Shown here: positions 54,464 through 63,233 of the stretch, piece after piece
Position numbering within the stretch: position 1 is the first letter of the stretch
Layout of the letters: every line of letters begins with the position of its first letter
From: an uncultured Oscillospiraceae bacterium
GTDB taxonomy: Bacteria; Bacillota; Clostridia; Oscillospirales; Ruminococcaceae
Direction of reading: 5' to 3'
DNA: 63,233 nt
Assembly (NCBI GenBank): GCA_964370005.1
Contig: CAYJGR010000004.1
Span: forward strand, 1 to 63,233
Notes under the pieces: model-generated
Told to the model about the DNA's origin: nothing
What the model saw: the letters and a program-made list of their open reading frames with translations, nothing else
Databases searched by the model: none
Made by a program: the position numbers and the translations under genes

Positions 54464-54549
54464 TAAGAAATTGCCTTTGCGTTTGGGCGATTTGGGGAGA
54501 TGTGACGAGCATCTCCCCTATAAGGTGACGGAAGGAGCCGTAAGCAAAT

Positions 54550-54945
54550 ATGGATATGCGTGGTTATCAGCACTATAAGGAGGACTCCCTGAACACAATG
54601 ACCCAGGGGGAACTGCTCATATTGGTGTATGATGAACTGTACAAACGTCTTACCCAAGCCGATATTGCACTCGAACAAAAGCAGTACAAGGCTTGCGAGT
54701 CCATGGTAGAGCGATGTATTATTATTATACGCTACTTGGACAGCGCCCTTGATAGGCGTTATCCTGTGGCGGCCGATCTTGGCAGGATGTATGAGTTTTT
54801 TTGCTATGAACTGCAGCGTGTAAAGATAGGTCGCAATAAAACCGAGCTAAGTAGAGTTAAAACCATGGTGGGAGAGTTAAGAGATACTTTTAAGCAGGCC
54901 GAGAGCAATGTAATTGCCGAGTCAAAAGAGGGAAAGATAGTGTAA
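54550..54945 (+). CDS. fliS: Flagellin-specific chaperone FliS
   Basis: MTQGELLILVYDELYKRLTQA...CIIIIRYLDSALD...LGRMYEFFCYEL. Confidence 0.9.
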   Translation: MDMRGYQHYKEDSLNTMTQGELLILVYDELYKRLTQADIALEQKQYKACESMVERCIIIIRYLDSALDRRYPVAADLGRMYEFFCYELQRVKIGRNKTELSRVKTMVGELRDTFKQAESNVIAESKEGKIV

Positions 54946-54955
54946 TAATGGGGGT

Positions 54956-55351
54956 GTGGGTGTGCTTAGTGGACAGGCGATAATGGCCGCTGTGAGTGTA
55001 GAGCGCAAGATATATGTGGCCTTGTGTGAAGTCATGGACTTGACCGAGCAACTTTCCGACGCTATAATGCGCAAAGATCAGGTGTCAATTTCGATGTTTT
55101 TAAGCCTGCGCAGAGAGCAAATCAACCACATGATGGAATATGAACAGACCCTTGAAAAACAATGTGCCGAGTTGCCCCCCACCCAAGGTGTGCGTTTGCG
55201 TACACTTTTGTCGGGCGATGCGGGGGAGAATGAGCAGGAGGAAGTTTTGTGTACACAACTTCAAAAAAACCGCAGTCTTTTGGAGCGTGTGATAGCGGCG
55301 GATAAGAGTGTCAGCAAGCGTTTAGGGGGTAAAAAATCGATTTACAAGTAA
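54956..55351 (+). CDS. Hypothetical helical protein in the FliT position
   Basis: Approximately 120-131 aa, start uncertain (GTG 54956 or ATG 54983). Assigned only from its position after fliD-fliS and its helical character. Confidence 0.35.
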   Translation: MGVLSGQAIMAAVSVERKIYVALCEVMDLTEQLSDAIMRKDQVSISMFLSLRREQINHMMEYEQTLEKQCAELPPTQGVRLRTLLSGDAGENEQEEVLCTQLQKNRSLLERVIAADKSVSKRLGGKKSIYK

Positions 55352-55588
55352 TTTTTATAATTTTTTTGCGATTTTTTATACTTTTTCTTTGAAACATATA
55401 GCACTTAATTAAGTTTTTTGATAGAATACAATAAGAAGGGTGTCTAAATTATTGGGCACACCGCAGAACTGGCGACGCCCTCTGATTTACAGGGGGCGCT
55501 TGTCTTTGTAAAGTTAATATTAGTTGGGGTTATGCCACCGACACATGGGCTATGGATCTGTGTGTCTTGCGATGTGAAGGGAGTATAT

Positions 55589-56290
55589 ATGGTACAACTT
55601 CGTTTGGAAGGGGTTACAAAATCTTATCCGATGGGTAAGGTGATGATGCCGGCAGTGATGGATATAGATTTGACCGTAAATCCCGGTGAGTTTGTGTTTA
55701 TTATTGGCAGTAGCGGTGCGGGGAAAACCACCTTGCTTAAGCTGCTCACAGGGGAGCTCAACCCCAGTGAGGGTACAGTGCATCTAGGGGGTGCCAAAAT
55801 TACACGATTTACCCCTAAGATTTGGCGAAAGAGGCTTCCTATAATTGGGGTGGTGGGGCAGACTCCCGAATTTGTACGCCATAAAACCGTGGGTGAAAAC
55901 CTCGAATTTGCCGCTATGTTTTCGCAAAAGAACAAGGAGGGCACTATAGATGAGCGCATTGCAAAGGCGCTTCGTATGGTAGGGCTTCCTCATATAGCTG
56001 ATAAATATCCGGGGGAACTTTCGCTGGGTGAGAGTCGCCGTGTGGAGCTTGCACGGGCGATTATGGCCAATCCCTCAATACTTATTCTCGATGAGCTAAC
56101 GGCAAATTTGGATGAGGATACCGTATGGGATATGCTATACCTTTTGGGGGAGTTCAACAAAAGGGGCACAACCATAGTGATGGCTACCCATGCAAAGCAG
56201 TTTGTTAATATTATGCGGCAACGTGTGATAACCTTGGTGGATGGCAGGATTTTCAGTGACGTTAAAAACGGAAGATATGGCGACAAATAA
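55589..56290 (+). CDS. FtsE-like ABC ATPase, orphan (no permease partner nearby)
   Basis: Walker A GSSGAGKTTLLKL, variant signature LSLGESRRV, Walker B ILILDELTANLD and H-loop ATH. The start at 55589 follows AAGGGAG. Confidence 0.8.
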   Translation: MVQLRLEGVTKSYPMGKVMMPAVMDIDLTVNPGEFVFIIGSSGAGKTTLLKLLTGELNPSEGTVHLGGAKITRFTPKIWRKRLPIIGVVGQTPEFVRHKTVGENLEFAAMFSQKNKEGTIDERIAKALRMVGLPHIADKYPGELSLGESRRVELARAIMANPSILILDELTANLDEDTVWDMLYLLGEFNKRGTTIVMATHAKQFVNIMRQRVITLVDGRIFSDVKNGRYGDK

Positions 56291-56321
56291 ACAAGGCGAA
56301 ACCTTGGTAGGAGAGTGAAAT

Positions 56322-58127
56322 ATGAGACTAAGCGATTTGCGAATCAAAACAAGTATGATTTTGGTGTTTGCGTTGACTTTGGCGATGGTAGCTATAATTA
56401 TCGGGGTTATGCAGTACGGGATAGTGGAGAGTACGAATGGTTACGGTAAACTTATCGATGACCAGGGGAAAATGGCAGAAGAAATTCATAACAGCCAATC
56501 TCAAATAAATATTATTGCTCAACTCCTACGCCATATGACACTTTTTGGTTATGATGAGGCGGCAACCGCTTATATCGTGCTGTGTAATGAGCAAATCGAT
56601 AATGCCATAGCAGTGATTTCGCGGGTGTATGACCAACCTGATGAGCTTGATGTGCAGTATGCCCAGGGGATAGAGGTTTGGCGGGAGAGTGTGCAGCAGG
56701 TGCAAAAGGCTTTGTCCGAAAATGATTTGGATAGAGCCAAAGATCTTTTAGAAGATGCTGAGTCCCCGACCCTCTCTCCCATAATGATGATAGGCGACGA
56801 ACTTATGAGATTTGCCATCGAGGAGAAGGATACCCAACGTGCAGAGCTTGAAAGTGAATTTGTCCGCAATCGTACGATTATGTGGGGTATTGTTGGGCTT
56901 CTGATTATTGTCATTACAGTCTCGCAGCTAAATTTGATAAAACGCATTGTGAACCCCTTCAAAGAAATTGAAACAGCCGTTGTGGGCTTTAGCAAGGGCG
57001 ATTTGACCTGCAACTTAGAGCACCAATCCAACTCCGAGATAGGAAAGGTTTGCGATGGGGTGCGCAGTTCACAGCACACTGTCAGTGAAATTATGGGTGA
57101 CATCGAAAATGTGACGCATTCGCTGGAAAGCGGAGATTTGACCGTAAAGATTGCGCGCGAGTATCCGGGTCAATTCTCACCCATTAAAAAGAACCTGCAT
57201 AACCTTACAGCTTCTCTTAACCGCACTATGGGTAGCATAATGCTTATGACCGATCAGGTGTCGGGTGGTGCGGATCAAGTGTCTGATGTGTCACAGGAAT
57301 TGGCCAACGGTGCCGCACAGCAGGCCGGAGCTATTCAGGAATTGTCGGCGGCTATAGCGGATATGGATAACGGCGCACAAGATAATGCAAATAATGCCGG
57401 CGCAGCCAAAGAACGTTCGGCACAGGTGGTAAACCAAATTCAGGTAAGCCATGGGCGCATACAAGAGATGTATGAGGCCATGAACGATATAAGCACAGGG
57501 CAACAGGATATAGACAAAATTATTCTAACCATAGAAAATATAGCATTCCAGACCAATATTTTGGCGCTGAACGCCGCCGTAGAGGCCGCGCGTGCAGGTG
57601 CATCGGGCAAGGGATTTGCTGTGGTGGCCGATGAGGTGCGCAATCTTGCCTCACGCGCAGACCAAGCGGCCAAGCATACAAAGAAACTTATCGAAAATTC
57701 ACTGTCCTATGTCAACAGGGGCACACACCTAGTTGAGGATGTGGTGGAGAACATGGAAAAAACCATGCAGTCTATGGATCAGGCAATAGAATCGATAGAC
57801 AAATTGGCCGATACCACCGTGTCGCAGGCCGGAACCATAAGCCAATTGACAAACGGTGTGGAACAAATTGCCTCGGTGGTGCAGATGAACTCGGCCACCA
57901 GTGAGCAGTTGGCCGCCGCCAGCAAGGAGCTTTCTACCCATGCCGATCAGATGCGTAAAATGCTACACGGCATGAAGTTGGAGGACGGTGTGGCAAGCAC
58001 GACGATACATGGCGATGTTGTGTTTGGGCATGAGCCCCCTACCTCATTGCCGGCATTGGAGCAGAGAGGTTACTCGTCACAATATGAGCAGATTGACTAC
58101 GAACAGATGAATGACGATAAATATTGA
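56322..58127 (+). CDS. Methyl-accepting chemotaxis protein (4-helix-bundle sensor, HAMP and MA domains)
   Basis: Two TM helices plus [37 protein letters not shown], the highly conserved signalling tip. Confidence 0.93.
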   Translation: MRLSDLRIKTSMILVFALTLAMVAIIIGVMQYGIVESTNGYGKLIDDQGKMAEEIHNSQSQINIIAQLLRHMTLFGYDEAATAYIVLCNEQIDNAIAVISRVYDQPDELDVQYAQGIEVWRESVQQVQKALSENDLDRAKDLLEDAESPTLSPIMMIGDELMRFAIEEKDTQRAELESEFVRNRTIMWGIVGLLIIVITVSQLNLIKRIVNPFKEIETAVVGFSKGDLTCNLEHQSNSEIGKVCDGVRSSQHTVSEIMGDIENVTHSLESGDLTVKIAREYPGQFSPIKKNLHNLTASLNRTMGSIMLMTDQVSGGADQVSDVSQELANGAAQQAGAIQELSAAIADMDNGAQDNANNAGAAKERSAQVVNQIQVSHGRIQEMYEAMNDISTGQQDIDKIILTIENIAFQTNILALNAAVEAARAGASGKGFAVVADEVRNLASRADQAAKHTKKLIENSLSYVNRGTHLVEDVVENMEKTMQSMDQAIESIDKLADTTVSQAGTISQLTNGVEQIASVVQMNSATSEQLAAASKELSTHADQMRKMLHGMKLEDGVASTTIHGDVVFGHEPPTSLPALEQRGYSSQYEQIDYEQMNDDKY

Positions 58128-58170
58128 TGCAGTGTGTGGCGAAATTTACATGATAGGGGGCTAAGTTATC

Positions 58171-60060
58171 GTGGGCGAACCATCCGGCGGGAAACAGTAC
58201 CGAGAACAGGATCAGGATTTGATTTATGCGCTTGATATCGGCACCCGAAGTGTTATCGGTATGATAGGTCGAGTGGACGATGAGCGGGTGGAGATTTTGG
58301 CCGTCGAAAAACAGCCCCACCCCAAGCGCACCATGATGGATGGCCAGATTGAGGACATAGGACAGGTGGCTGTCGTGGTGCGAGAGGTCACAAAGCGCCT
58401 TGAACAGCGTATGCAGTGCCACCTAACCAGAGCATGTGTGGCAGCGGCGGGTCGAGCACTGCGCACAGAACAGGGGCAGAGCACGCTCGAACTTCCAACG
58501 GCGCAGGTTGTTGGGCAGGAGATAATCGCACAGGCCGAGGCCCAGGCGGTTGCCGGGGCCGAGGAAATGCTACAAAACACCGTGGAAGGCGATCAGCGCC
58601 TGTTTTTGGTGGGATATACCACCGTAAAAACTTCACTTGATCACTATACGATGAATCATCTCGAAGGACACACCGGCAAGCTCATAGAGTGCACCGTTGT
58701 GGCGACCTTCCTGCCCAGTGAGGTTATAGAGAGTCTTTATTCGGTCATGCGGGGAGCGGGGCTTGAGGTGTCCAGCCTCACACTTGAACCGATTGCGGCG
58801 CTTAATGCGGCAATACCGTCCGAGCTGCGACTGCTTAATTTAGCACTGGTTGACATAGGCGCCGGCACATCTGATATCGCTATATGTCGTGATGGCAGTG
58901 TGGTGGGCTACACCATGGCCACCACGGCGGGGGATGAGATAACCGAGGCCATCATGAGGGAGTGCCTTGTGGATTACACTACGGCCGAGCAGATGAAATT
59001 TGCTCTGACCGAGGAGAAAAACATTCATTTTACCGATATTTTGGGCTTGGAACAAGAGATTACGCCTGAGGAGCTTTGCGGTAAACTTCTTGATACGATC
59101 AAGAGTTTGGCCAAAGAGATTGCAGAGTGCATAACAAAGCTCAATGGGGTGGCACCCTCGGCAATATTCTTGGCCGGCGGTGGCAGTAAGCTTGCGGGAC
59201 TTCAGACCCATGTGGCCGATGCCCTGGGTATGGATCAGCGGCGGGTCGCCGTGGCGGGTGGACATTTTAAGAACAGTGCCCATTCCAAAACCATACAGCT
59301 TGAAGACCCTGAGTACACCACCCCACTTGGGATAGCGATATCGGCGGGTCTTGGGCTTATTGGGGACAGCTATCGAATAATCCTCAACGACCAACCCGCA
59401 AGACTGTTCCGCAGTGGTCGTCTCACGGCGCTCGAACTGCTCATGATGAATGGGTTTAGCTACGCCGATTTATTGGGGCGCAGTGGCAAGGCGCTTGTGT
59501 TTTATATCGACGGTAAACGGCAGGTGTTTCATCCCGAACCCTCAGAACCCGCACGCCTTGGCATAAATGGACAGGAGGCACTGCCCTCGAGTCTTATTCA
59601 TGCGGGGGATAATATAATATTTATTCCGGCACAGGCGGGAGGCGACCGCAAACTCACGGTTGGGGAGCTTTTGGAGAAAAACCCTCATGCGGCGAGGTTT
59701 ACGATGGAAGGTAGGACGTTGTCGCCCGAGGAATACATTTTAAGCGATTGGCAGCTTGAGACCGTGGAGAGAGTGCAAAAAGCACCCGAAAAGACGGTAG
59801 AACAACCTGTGAAATCGACACAGTCAAAAATTCCCACGGTATATCGTTTTATTCTCAATGGTAAAACGTTGGAGCTACCCCCCAAGGAGGATAAATCACC
59901 TTACTACCTTATGGATTTGCTTGAGCATACCGGCATAGATTTTAGGGAGGTCAAGAGTCCTATGATTTTGCAGGTTAATGGCACAGACAGTGCGTTTAGG
60001 CAGGTGCTTAAAACCGGGGATGAGGTCACGATAGAAAACTCGACTAAAGTCGATGTATAA
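58171..60060 (+). CDS. FtsA-like actin-fold ATPase with a long C-terminal extension of tandem beta-grasp-like repeats
   Basis: YALDIGTRSVIGMIG (phosphate 1), LALVDIGAGTSDIAI (phosphate 2) and IFLAGGGSKLAGL (adenosine). The C-terminal repeats are YRIILNDQ...IHAGDNIIFIP and YRFILNGK...LKTGDEVTIEN. GTG start. Confidence 0.7.
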   Translation: MGEPSGGKQYREQDQDLIYALDIGTRSVIGMIGRVDDERVEILAVEKQPHPKRTMMDGQIEDIGQVAVVVREVTKRLEQRMQCHLTRACVAAAGRALRTEQGQSTLELPTAQVVGQEIIAQAEAQAVAGAEEMLQNTVEGDQRLFLVGYTTVKTSLDHYTMNHLEGHTGKLIECTVVATFLPSEVIESLYSVMRGAGLEVSSLTLEPIAALNAAIPSELRLLNLALVDIGAGTSDIAICRDGSVVGYTMATTAGDEITEAIMRECLVDYTTAEQMKFALTEEKNIHFTDILGLEQEITPEELCGKLLDTIKSLAKEIAECITKLNGVAPSAIFLAGGGSKLAGLQTHVADALGMDQRRVAVAGGHFKNSAHSKTIQLEDPEYTTPLGIAISAGLGLIGDSYRIILNDQPARLFRSGRLTALELLMMNGFSYADLLGRSGKALVFYIDGKRQVFHPEPSEPARLGINGQEALPSSLIHAGDNIIFIPAQAGGDRKLTVGELLEKNPHAARFTMEGRTLSPEEYILSDWQLETVERVQKAPEKTVEQPVKSTQSKIPTVYRFILNGKTLELPPKEDKSPYYLMDLLEHTGIDFREVKSPMILQVNGTDSAFRQVLKTGDEVTIENSTKVDV

Positions 60061-60097
60061 TAATGAGAACTTACACAGCGAAAGGATTAGCGTTTTA

Positions 60098-60946
60098 ATG
60101 AATTTTTACCCTACAAGACTTAAATTATTGGCCATGGCACTGCTCATAGCGGTTATGTTTGCGGGGTGTGGCGATTCGGCGCCCACACCACCTGAAAATT
60201 ATGTGTATGGCGAGGAGAACTTTCCGACCATAGATGGATTTTTTATGGAAGAGCAGGAGATGAATTACAGCCAAGAGGTGGTTGAAGTAGAAGCCGAGGA
60301 GGGCGAGGAAGCACCCACAGAGGGTGAGGAACAGGTCGAGGAGGGCGAAGAAACGCCCGAAGAGGAAGAACCTGCCACCGATGAGGAGGCAGAGCCAATC
60401 CAAGAGATTATACATGTCTACAGCGATGTGGAGGGTATGCCCGAGGTTTTGGCCGCATATACCGAAATGTTGACCACACAAAGCGAATGCGCAATTGTGG
60501 ACGAGATCGGCATTGTGCTTGATACTCCCGATTTCACCGCAGAGACGGGAACGATGCTTGTCGCCCGAGAGGTGGAGGAGCCCAAGTCTTTAGTGGGTTT
60601 GGAGGTGTCATGGGAGGGGAGCGTTTGTCGCATAAAGGTCATAAATATGCCGGGCAGTGTCTTTATAGTCCAGAGTGTTAAAATCACGGTGGAGGAGGCC
60701 GCGGATTTTCTTTGGACACGCACCACCGAGGAAGTAGGTTTGGGAGAGGGCAGTTGGGCTGACTACAGCATATACCCCGCCGATGGCATAGTAAGGGTGG
60801 ATGACCAAATATGCTACCGTCTCGATGTGTTTACAAAGGCGGACGGCAACCCCGCAGGTGTATTCTTTTTATCCAACACAGGTGATCATCTATACAGCCT
60901 TGACGAGGCACAGGGCATTGTAACCCAGCTCATACCGGCACCGTAA
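60098..60946 (+). CDS. Putative lipoprotein with a highly acidic linker
   Basis: The signal peptide MNFYPTRLKLLAMALLIAVMFAGCG carries the lipobox FAGC, followed by an E-rich stretch (EVEAEEGEEAPTEGEEQVEEGEETPEEEEPATDEEAE). Confidence 0.65.
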   Translation: MNFYPTRLKLLAMALLIAVMFAGCGDSAPTPPENYVYGEENFPTIDGFFMEEQEMNYSQEVVEVEAEEGEEAPTEGEEQVEEGEETPEEEEPATDEEAEPIQEIIHVYSDVEGMPEVLAAYTEMLTTQSECAIVDEIGIVLDTPDFTAETGTMLVAREVEEPKSLVGLEVSWEGSVCRIKVINMPGSVFIVQSVKITVEEAADFLWTRTTEEVGLGEGSWADYSIYPADGIVRVDDQICYRLDVFTKADGNPAGVFFLSNTGDHLYSLDEAQGIVTQLIPAP

Positions 60947-60961
60947 CAGTTACATACACAC

Positions 60962-60994
60962 AAACCCGACCTGCCAAAACGGCGGTCGGGTTTT
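60962..60994. terminator. Bidirectional terminator between the lipoprotein gene and recG
   Basis: AAACCCGACC-tgccaaaacggc-GGTCGGGTTTT. Confidence 0.8.
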
Positions 60995-61011
60995 ATATAT
61001 GCTGTAAAGTA

Positions 61012-63057
61012 TCAATTAGGTAGCTCTCCCACCGCCTGTATAAGGCGCTCTACCTGTGCCGCAAGAGCGGGGTAATTCTCAAGCAGTGGGTCGTCAAACA
61101 GCAGGTTGTGGGCGGCTTGTCCGGCTTGTTCAAACAGTTCCATGTCGCCCGAAAGGTCGGCCAAATGCATGTTGGGCAGGCCATGTTGCCTATTGCCAAA
61201 GAAATCGCCGGGGCCACGAAGTCGCAAATCCTCCTTGGCAATGACAAAACCGTCCGAGGTTTGGCGCATGACCGAAAGGCGCTCCACGGCCTGGTCGGTG
61301 GTTGAGTCGGATACCAAAATGCACCAGGATTTCTCACGGCCACGCCCCACCCGCCCACGAAGCTGATGGAGTTGGCTAAGGCCAAAGCGCTCGGCATTCT
61401 CGACGAGCATTATAACGGCCGACGGCACGTCCACCCCAACCTCGATGACGGTGGTCGAAACCAGTAGTTTTGTCTCACCCGACACAAAGCGGGACATAAC
61501 AGCCTCCTTTTCGCCCGATTTCATCCTGCCGTGTAGTAGCTCGACGGGGTAGCCCTCAAATGCGGGCAAGACGATATCCTGCGCATAATCCTCGGCCGAC
61601 ATCATCCCCTCGGGGGTCTGTTCCCCTTGCTCTATCAGGGGGCAAACAAGGTAGGCCTGAAACCCTCTATCAAGATACCCACGTATAAACCCAAAGGCAC
61701 GTGTGCGCTTGGGGGAATCTATTATAAGGGTCTCTATGGGGGTGCGCCCGGGCGGGAGTTCATCAATCACCGACAAATCAAGGTCACCGTATATCATAAG
61801 GGAAAGGGTGCGAGGGATGGGGGTGGCCGACATGACCAACATATGAGCCGACTTGCCCTTTTCCCTCAGGGCAGCACGTTGCCTCACACCAAAGCGGTGT
61901 TGTTCATCGGTCACAACGAGGGATAGGTTATGCCAAACTACGGCGGGACTTATCAGGGCATGGGTGCCGATGCAGAGGTCAATTTCACCCTGCTGAAGTT
62001 TGGCATAAAGTTCCTTTTTTGCCTTGGCGGTCAGCGAGCCTGTGAGCAGTCCCACACGCACCCCAAGTGGTGTTAAAAGTGAGGAGAGTGTACGGTAGTG
62101 CTGCCCGGCTAAAAGTTCTGTGGGAGCCATGAGGGCGCTTTGGGTGCTGTTTTGGGTGGCATACCAACAGCAGGCGGCGGCCACGAGGGTTTTGCCTGAG
62201 CCGACATCCCCTTGCACAAGGCGGTTCATGGGGCGGGGTTTGCACATGTCGTCGACGGCTTGATCGATAGCACGGCGTTGTGCCGAGGTAGGCTTGAAGG
62301 GTAGGGCATCAAAAAAAGGTTGGAGACTCAGTTGCAACATAGGGGTGGCCGTCAAACTGTTTTTGCTTGCTTTGAGCATAGCAAACCCCAAAGCAAGCGA
62401 AAAAAGTTCTTCAAATGCAAATCGACGGCGGGCGAGTGTCATGCTGTCCATGTCATGGGGGTTGTGGATGTGCACAAGTGCCTCACCCAATGGGGGGAGG
62501 TTGTACTGCTCCAGTAGATGCTCGGGCAGGGGGTCAGGATGGTCGTGCGCCATGGGGAGCACGGTGGTTATATCCTTGCGAAGGCTGTTCTGTGAGAGGC
62601 CGGATGTCAGGGGATAAAGGGGTATAAGGGCGTTTTGGTCGGGTGAAAATATTTGCGGGGAGGCCATCTCACGCCTTAAAAGTGTGCCGGTGAGCTTGCC
62701 ATAAAATATATATTCCTGCCCTATTTTGAGGTTTGAAACGGTGTATTTAGCGTTGAAGTAGGTTATATGCAAATCGTCTGTGTCGTCTGTGGCGGTGAGT
62801 TTCCATAGGGATAGACCGCCACGTATGCGCTGTTCGGACGACTTTGAGAGCAGAGTTAGGCGCAAGGCACACAGTTGTCCAAGCGGTGCGGTGGCTACCT
62901 GTTCACATCGGCGCAAATCAATATAACCCCGCGGGAAGTGATATAGGAGGTCTGCGGGGGTATGTATATCGAGTTTTTGATAGAGTGAGGCGCGTTTTTC
63001 GCCCACACCTTTTAGGTAACGGATGCTATCTGTGAGGGTAGTTATGATACAAATCAC
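61012..63057 (-). CDS. recG: ATP-dependent DNA helicase RecG
   Basis: IRYLKGVGEKRASLYQKL wedge N-terminus. Helicase motifs LVQGDVGSGKT, VVTDEQHRFGV, VMSATPIPRT and QLHQLRGRVGRG. The true start is uncertain (GTG near 63057), and the ORF track extension to 63171 overlaps a plus-strand promoter. Confidence 0.93.
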   Translation of the reverse strand: MICIITTLTDSIRYLKGVGEKRASLYQKLDIHTPADLLYHFPRGYIDLRRCEQVATAPLGQLCALRLTLLSKSSEQRIRGGLSLWKLTATDDTDDLHITYFNAKYTVSNLKIGQEYIFYGKLTGTLLRREMASPQIFSPDQNALIPLYPLTSGLSQNSLRKDITTVLPMAHDHPDPLPEHLLEQYNLPPLGEALVHIHNPHDMDSMTLARRRFAFEELFSLALGFAMLKASKNSLTATPMLQLSLQPFFDALPFKPTSAQRRAIDQAVDDMCKPRPMNRLVQGDVGSGKTLVAAACCWYATQNSTQSALMAPTELLAGQHYRTLSSLLTPLGVRVGLLTGSLTAKAKKELYAKLQQGEIDLCIGTHALISPAVVWHNLSLVVTDEQHRFGVRQRAALREKGKSAHMLVMSATPIPRTLSLMIYGDLDLSVIDELPPGRTPIETLIIDSPKRTRAFGFIRGYLDRGFQAYLVCPLIEQGEQTPEGMMSAEDYAQDIVLPAFEGYPVELLHGRMKSGEKEAVMSRFVSGETKLLVSTTVIEVGVDVPSAVIMLVENAERFGLSQLHQLRGRVGRGREKSWCILVSDSTTDQAVERLSVMRQTSDGFVIAKEDLRLRGPGDFFGNRQHGLPNMHLADLSGDMELFEQAGQAAHNLLFDDPLLENYPALAAQVERLIQAVGELPN

Positions 63058-63132
63058 TCCAACGTGTATATTTTTATGGCTTTGTTTACAAAATAAAGTT
63101 AAAATATTGCCGATATTATGAAAAAAATGTTG

Positions 63133-63161
63133 TTGACAATCCCGTGGATATTGGGTATAAT
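63133..63161 (+). promoter_or_regulatory. Consensus sigma-A promoter for tRNA-Lys
   Basis: TTGACA-17 nt-TATAAT, 18 nt upstream of the tRNA 5' end. Confidence 0.8.
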
Positions 63162-63179
63162 CATATGGCACTTAAATCT

Positions 63180-63233
63180 GACCCATTAGCTCAGTTGGCA
63201 GAGCACTTGACTTTTAATCAAGGTGTCCGGAGT
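63180..63233 (+). tRNA. tRNA-Lys (anticodon UUU), truncated by the window end
   Basis: GACCCATTAGCTCAGTTGGCAGAGCACTTGACTTTTAATCAAGGTGTCCGGAGT shows the D-arm and the anticodon loop CTTTTAA. The 3' part lies outside the window. Confidence 0.85.

Noticed and set aside
54493-54518. A 9-bp-stem hairpin (GGGGAGATG...CATCTCCCC) between fliD and fliS.
   Set aside because: No U-tract follows it. It may modulate relative expression or stability but cannot be supported as a terminator from sequence alone.
63058-63171. An N-terminal extension of RecG in the ORF track, reaching 63171.
   Set aside because: It overlaps a consensus plus-strand TTGACA-17-TATAAT promoter for tRNA-Lys. RecG homology (IRYLKGVGEKR) starts only about 10 residues after the proposed internal GTG. 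The exact start remains uncertain.

Overview
This 63.2 kb window is dominated by the flagellar and chemotaxis regulon of a Firmicutes/Clostridia-like genome. That assignment rests on Bacillus/Clostridium-type gene order, GGAGG ribosome-binding sites and frequent GTG/TTG starts. All calls come from reading the ORF translations and the DNA against remembered family signatures; no database search was run.

Layout:
- 1-6.8 kb, housekeeping and accessory genes: a YbjQ-like protein, a TM2 protein, a RelE/ParE-Phd toxin-antitoxin pair, tRNA-Glu and tRNA-Met, an LCP-like protein, uracil permease, an orphan PTS EIIA and a TlpA-like thioredoxin.
- 6.8-11.9 kb, minus strand: late flagellar operon flgM-flgN-flgK-flgL-yviE-like-fliW-csrA-yjfB-like.
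- 12.2-16.2 kb: flagellin, then a REP-associated tyrosine transposase (RAYT) with its GTAG-hairpin REP elements, then a large GT2 glycosyltransferase.
- 16.2-20.8 kb, minus strand: cheA-cheW-cheR-cheB.
- 21.0-23.3 kb: a three-gene operon encoding a FliK-C-like protein, a stand-alone FlhB C-terminal paralog and a PilZ protein.
- 23.7-49.8 kb: a fla/che operon of about 26 kb running flgB, flgC, fliE-K, flgD, flgE, flbD, motAB, fliM, fliY, cheY, fliOPQR, flhB, flhA, fliA, two rod genes, cheC, cheD, cheV and an EAL-HDOD gene. It contains no flhF, flhG or fliL.
- 49.8-50.4 kb: a decayed junction with REP-like palindromes and a pseudogene.
- 50.4-51.9 kb, minus strand: a ParA-like ATPase plus a ComFB-domain protein.
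- 52.2-55.4 kb: fliD, fliS and a FliT-like gene.
- 55.6-60.9 kb: an operon encoding an FtsE-like ATPase, an MCP, a long FtsA-like actin-fold protein and an acidic lipoprotein.
- 61.0-63.2 kb: recG and a partial tRNA-Lys.

The candidates most worth follow-up:
1. The ParA-like / ComFB-adaptor pair, in a locus lacking FlhF/FlhG.
2. The FliK-C-like / FlhB-CC-like / PilZ operon.
3. The RAYT gene that carries an in-frame inverted pair of its own REP hairpins around the HUH motif.
4. The FtsE-like / MCP / FtsA-like / lipoprotein operon.
5. An apparently degenerate EAL-HDOD protein.
6. A 37-bp duplicated terminator hairpin flanking a 206-bp highly structured insert.

No CRISPR array, rRNA, prophage or recognisable defence system was seen.
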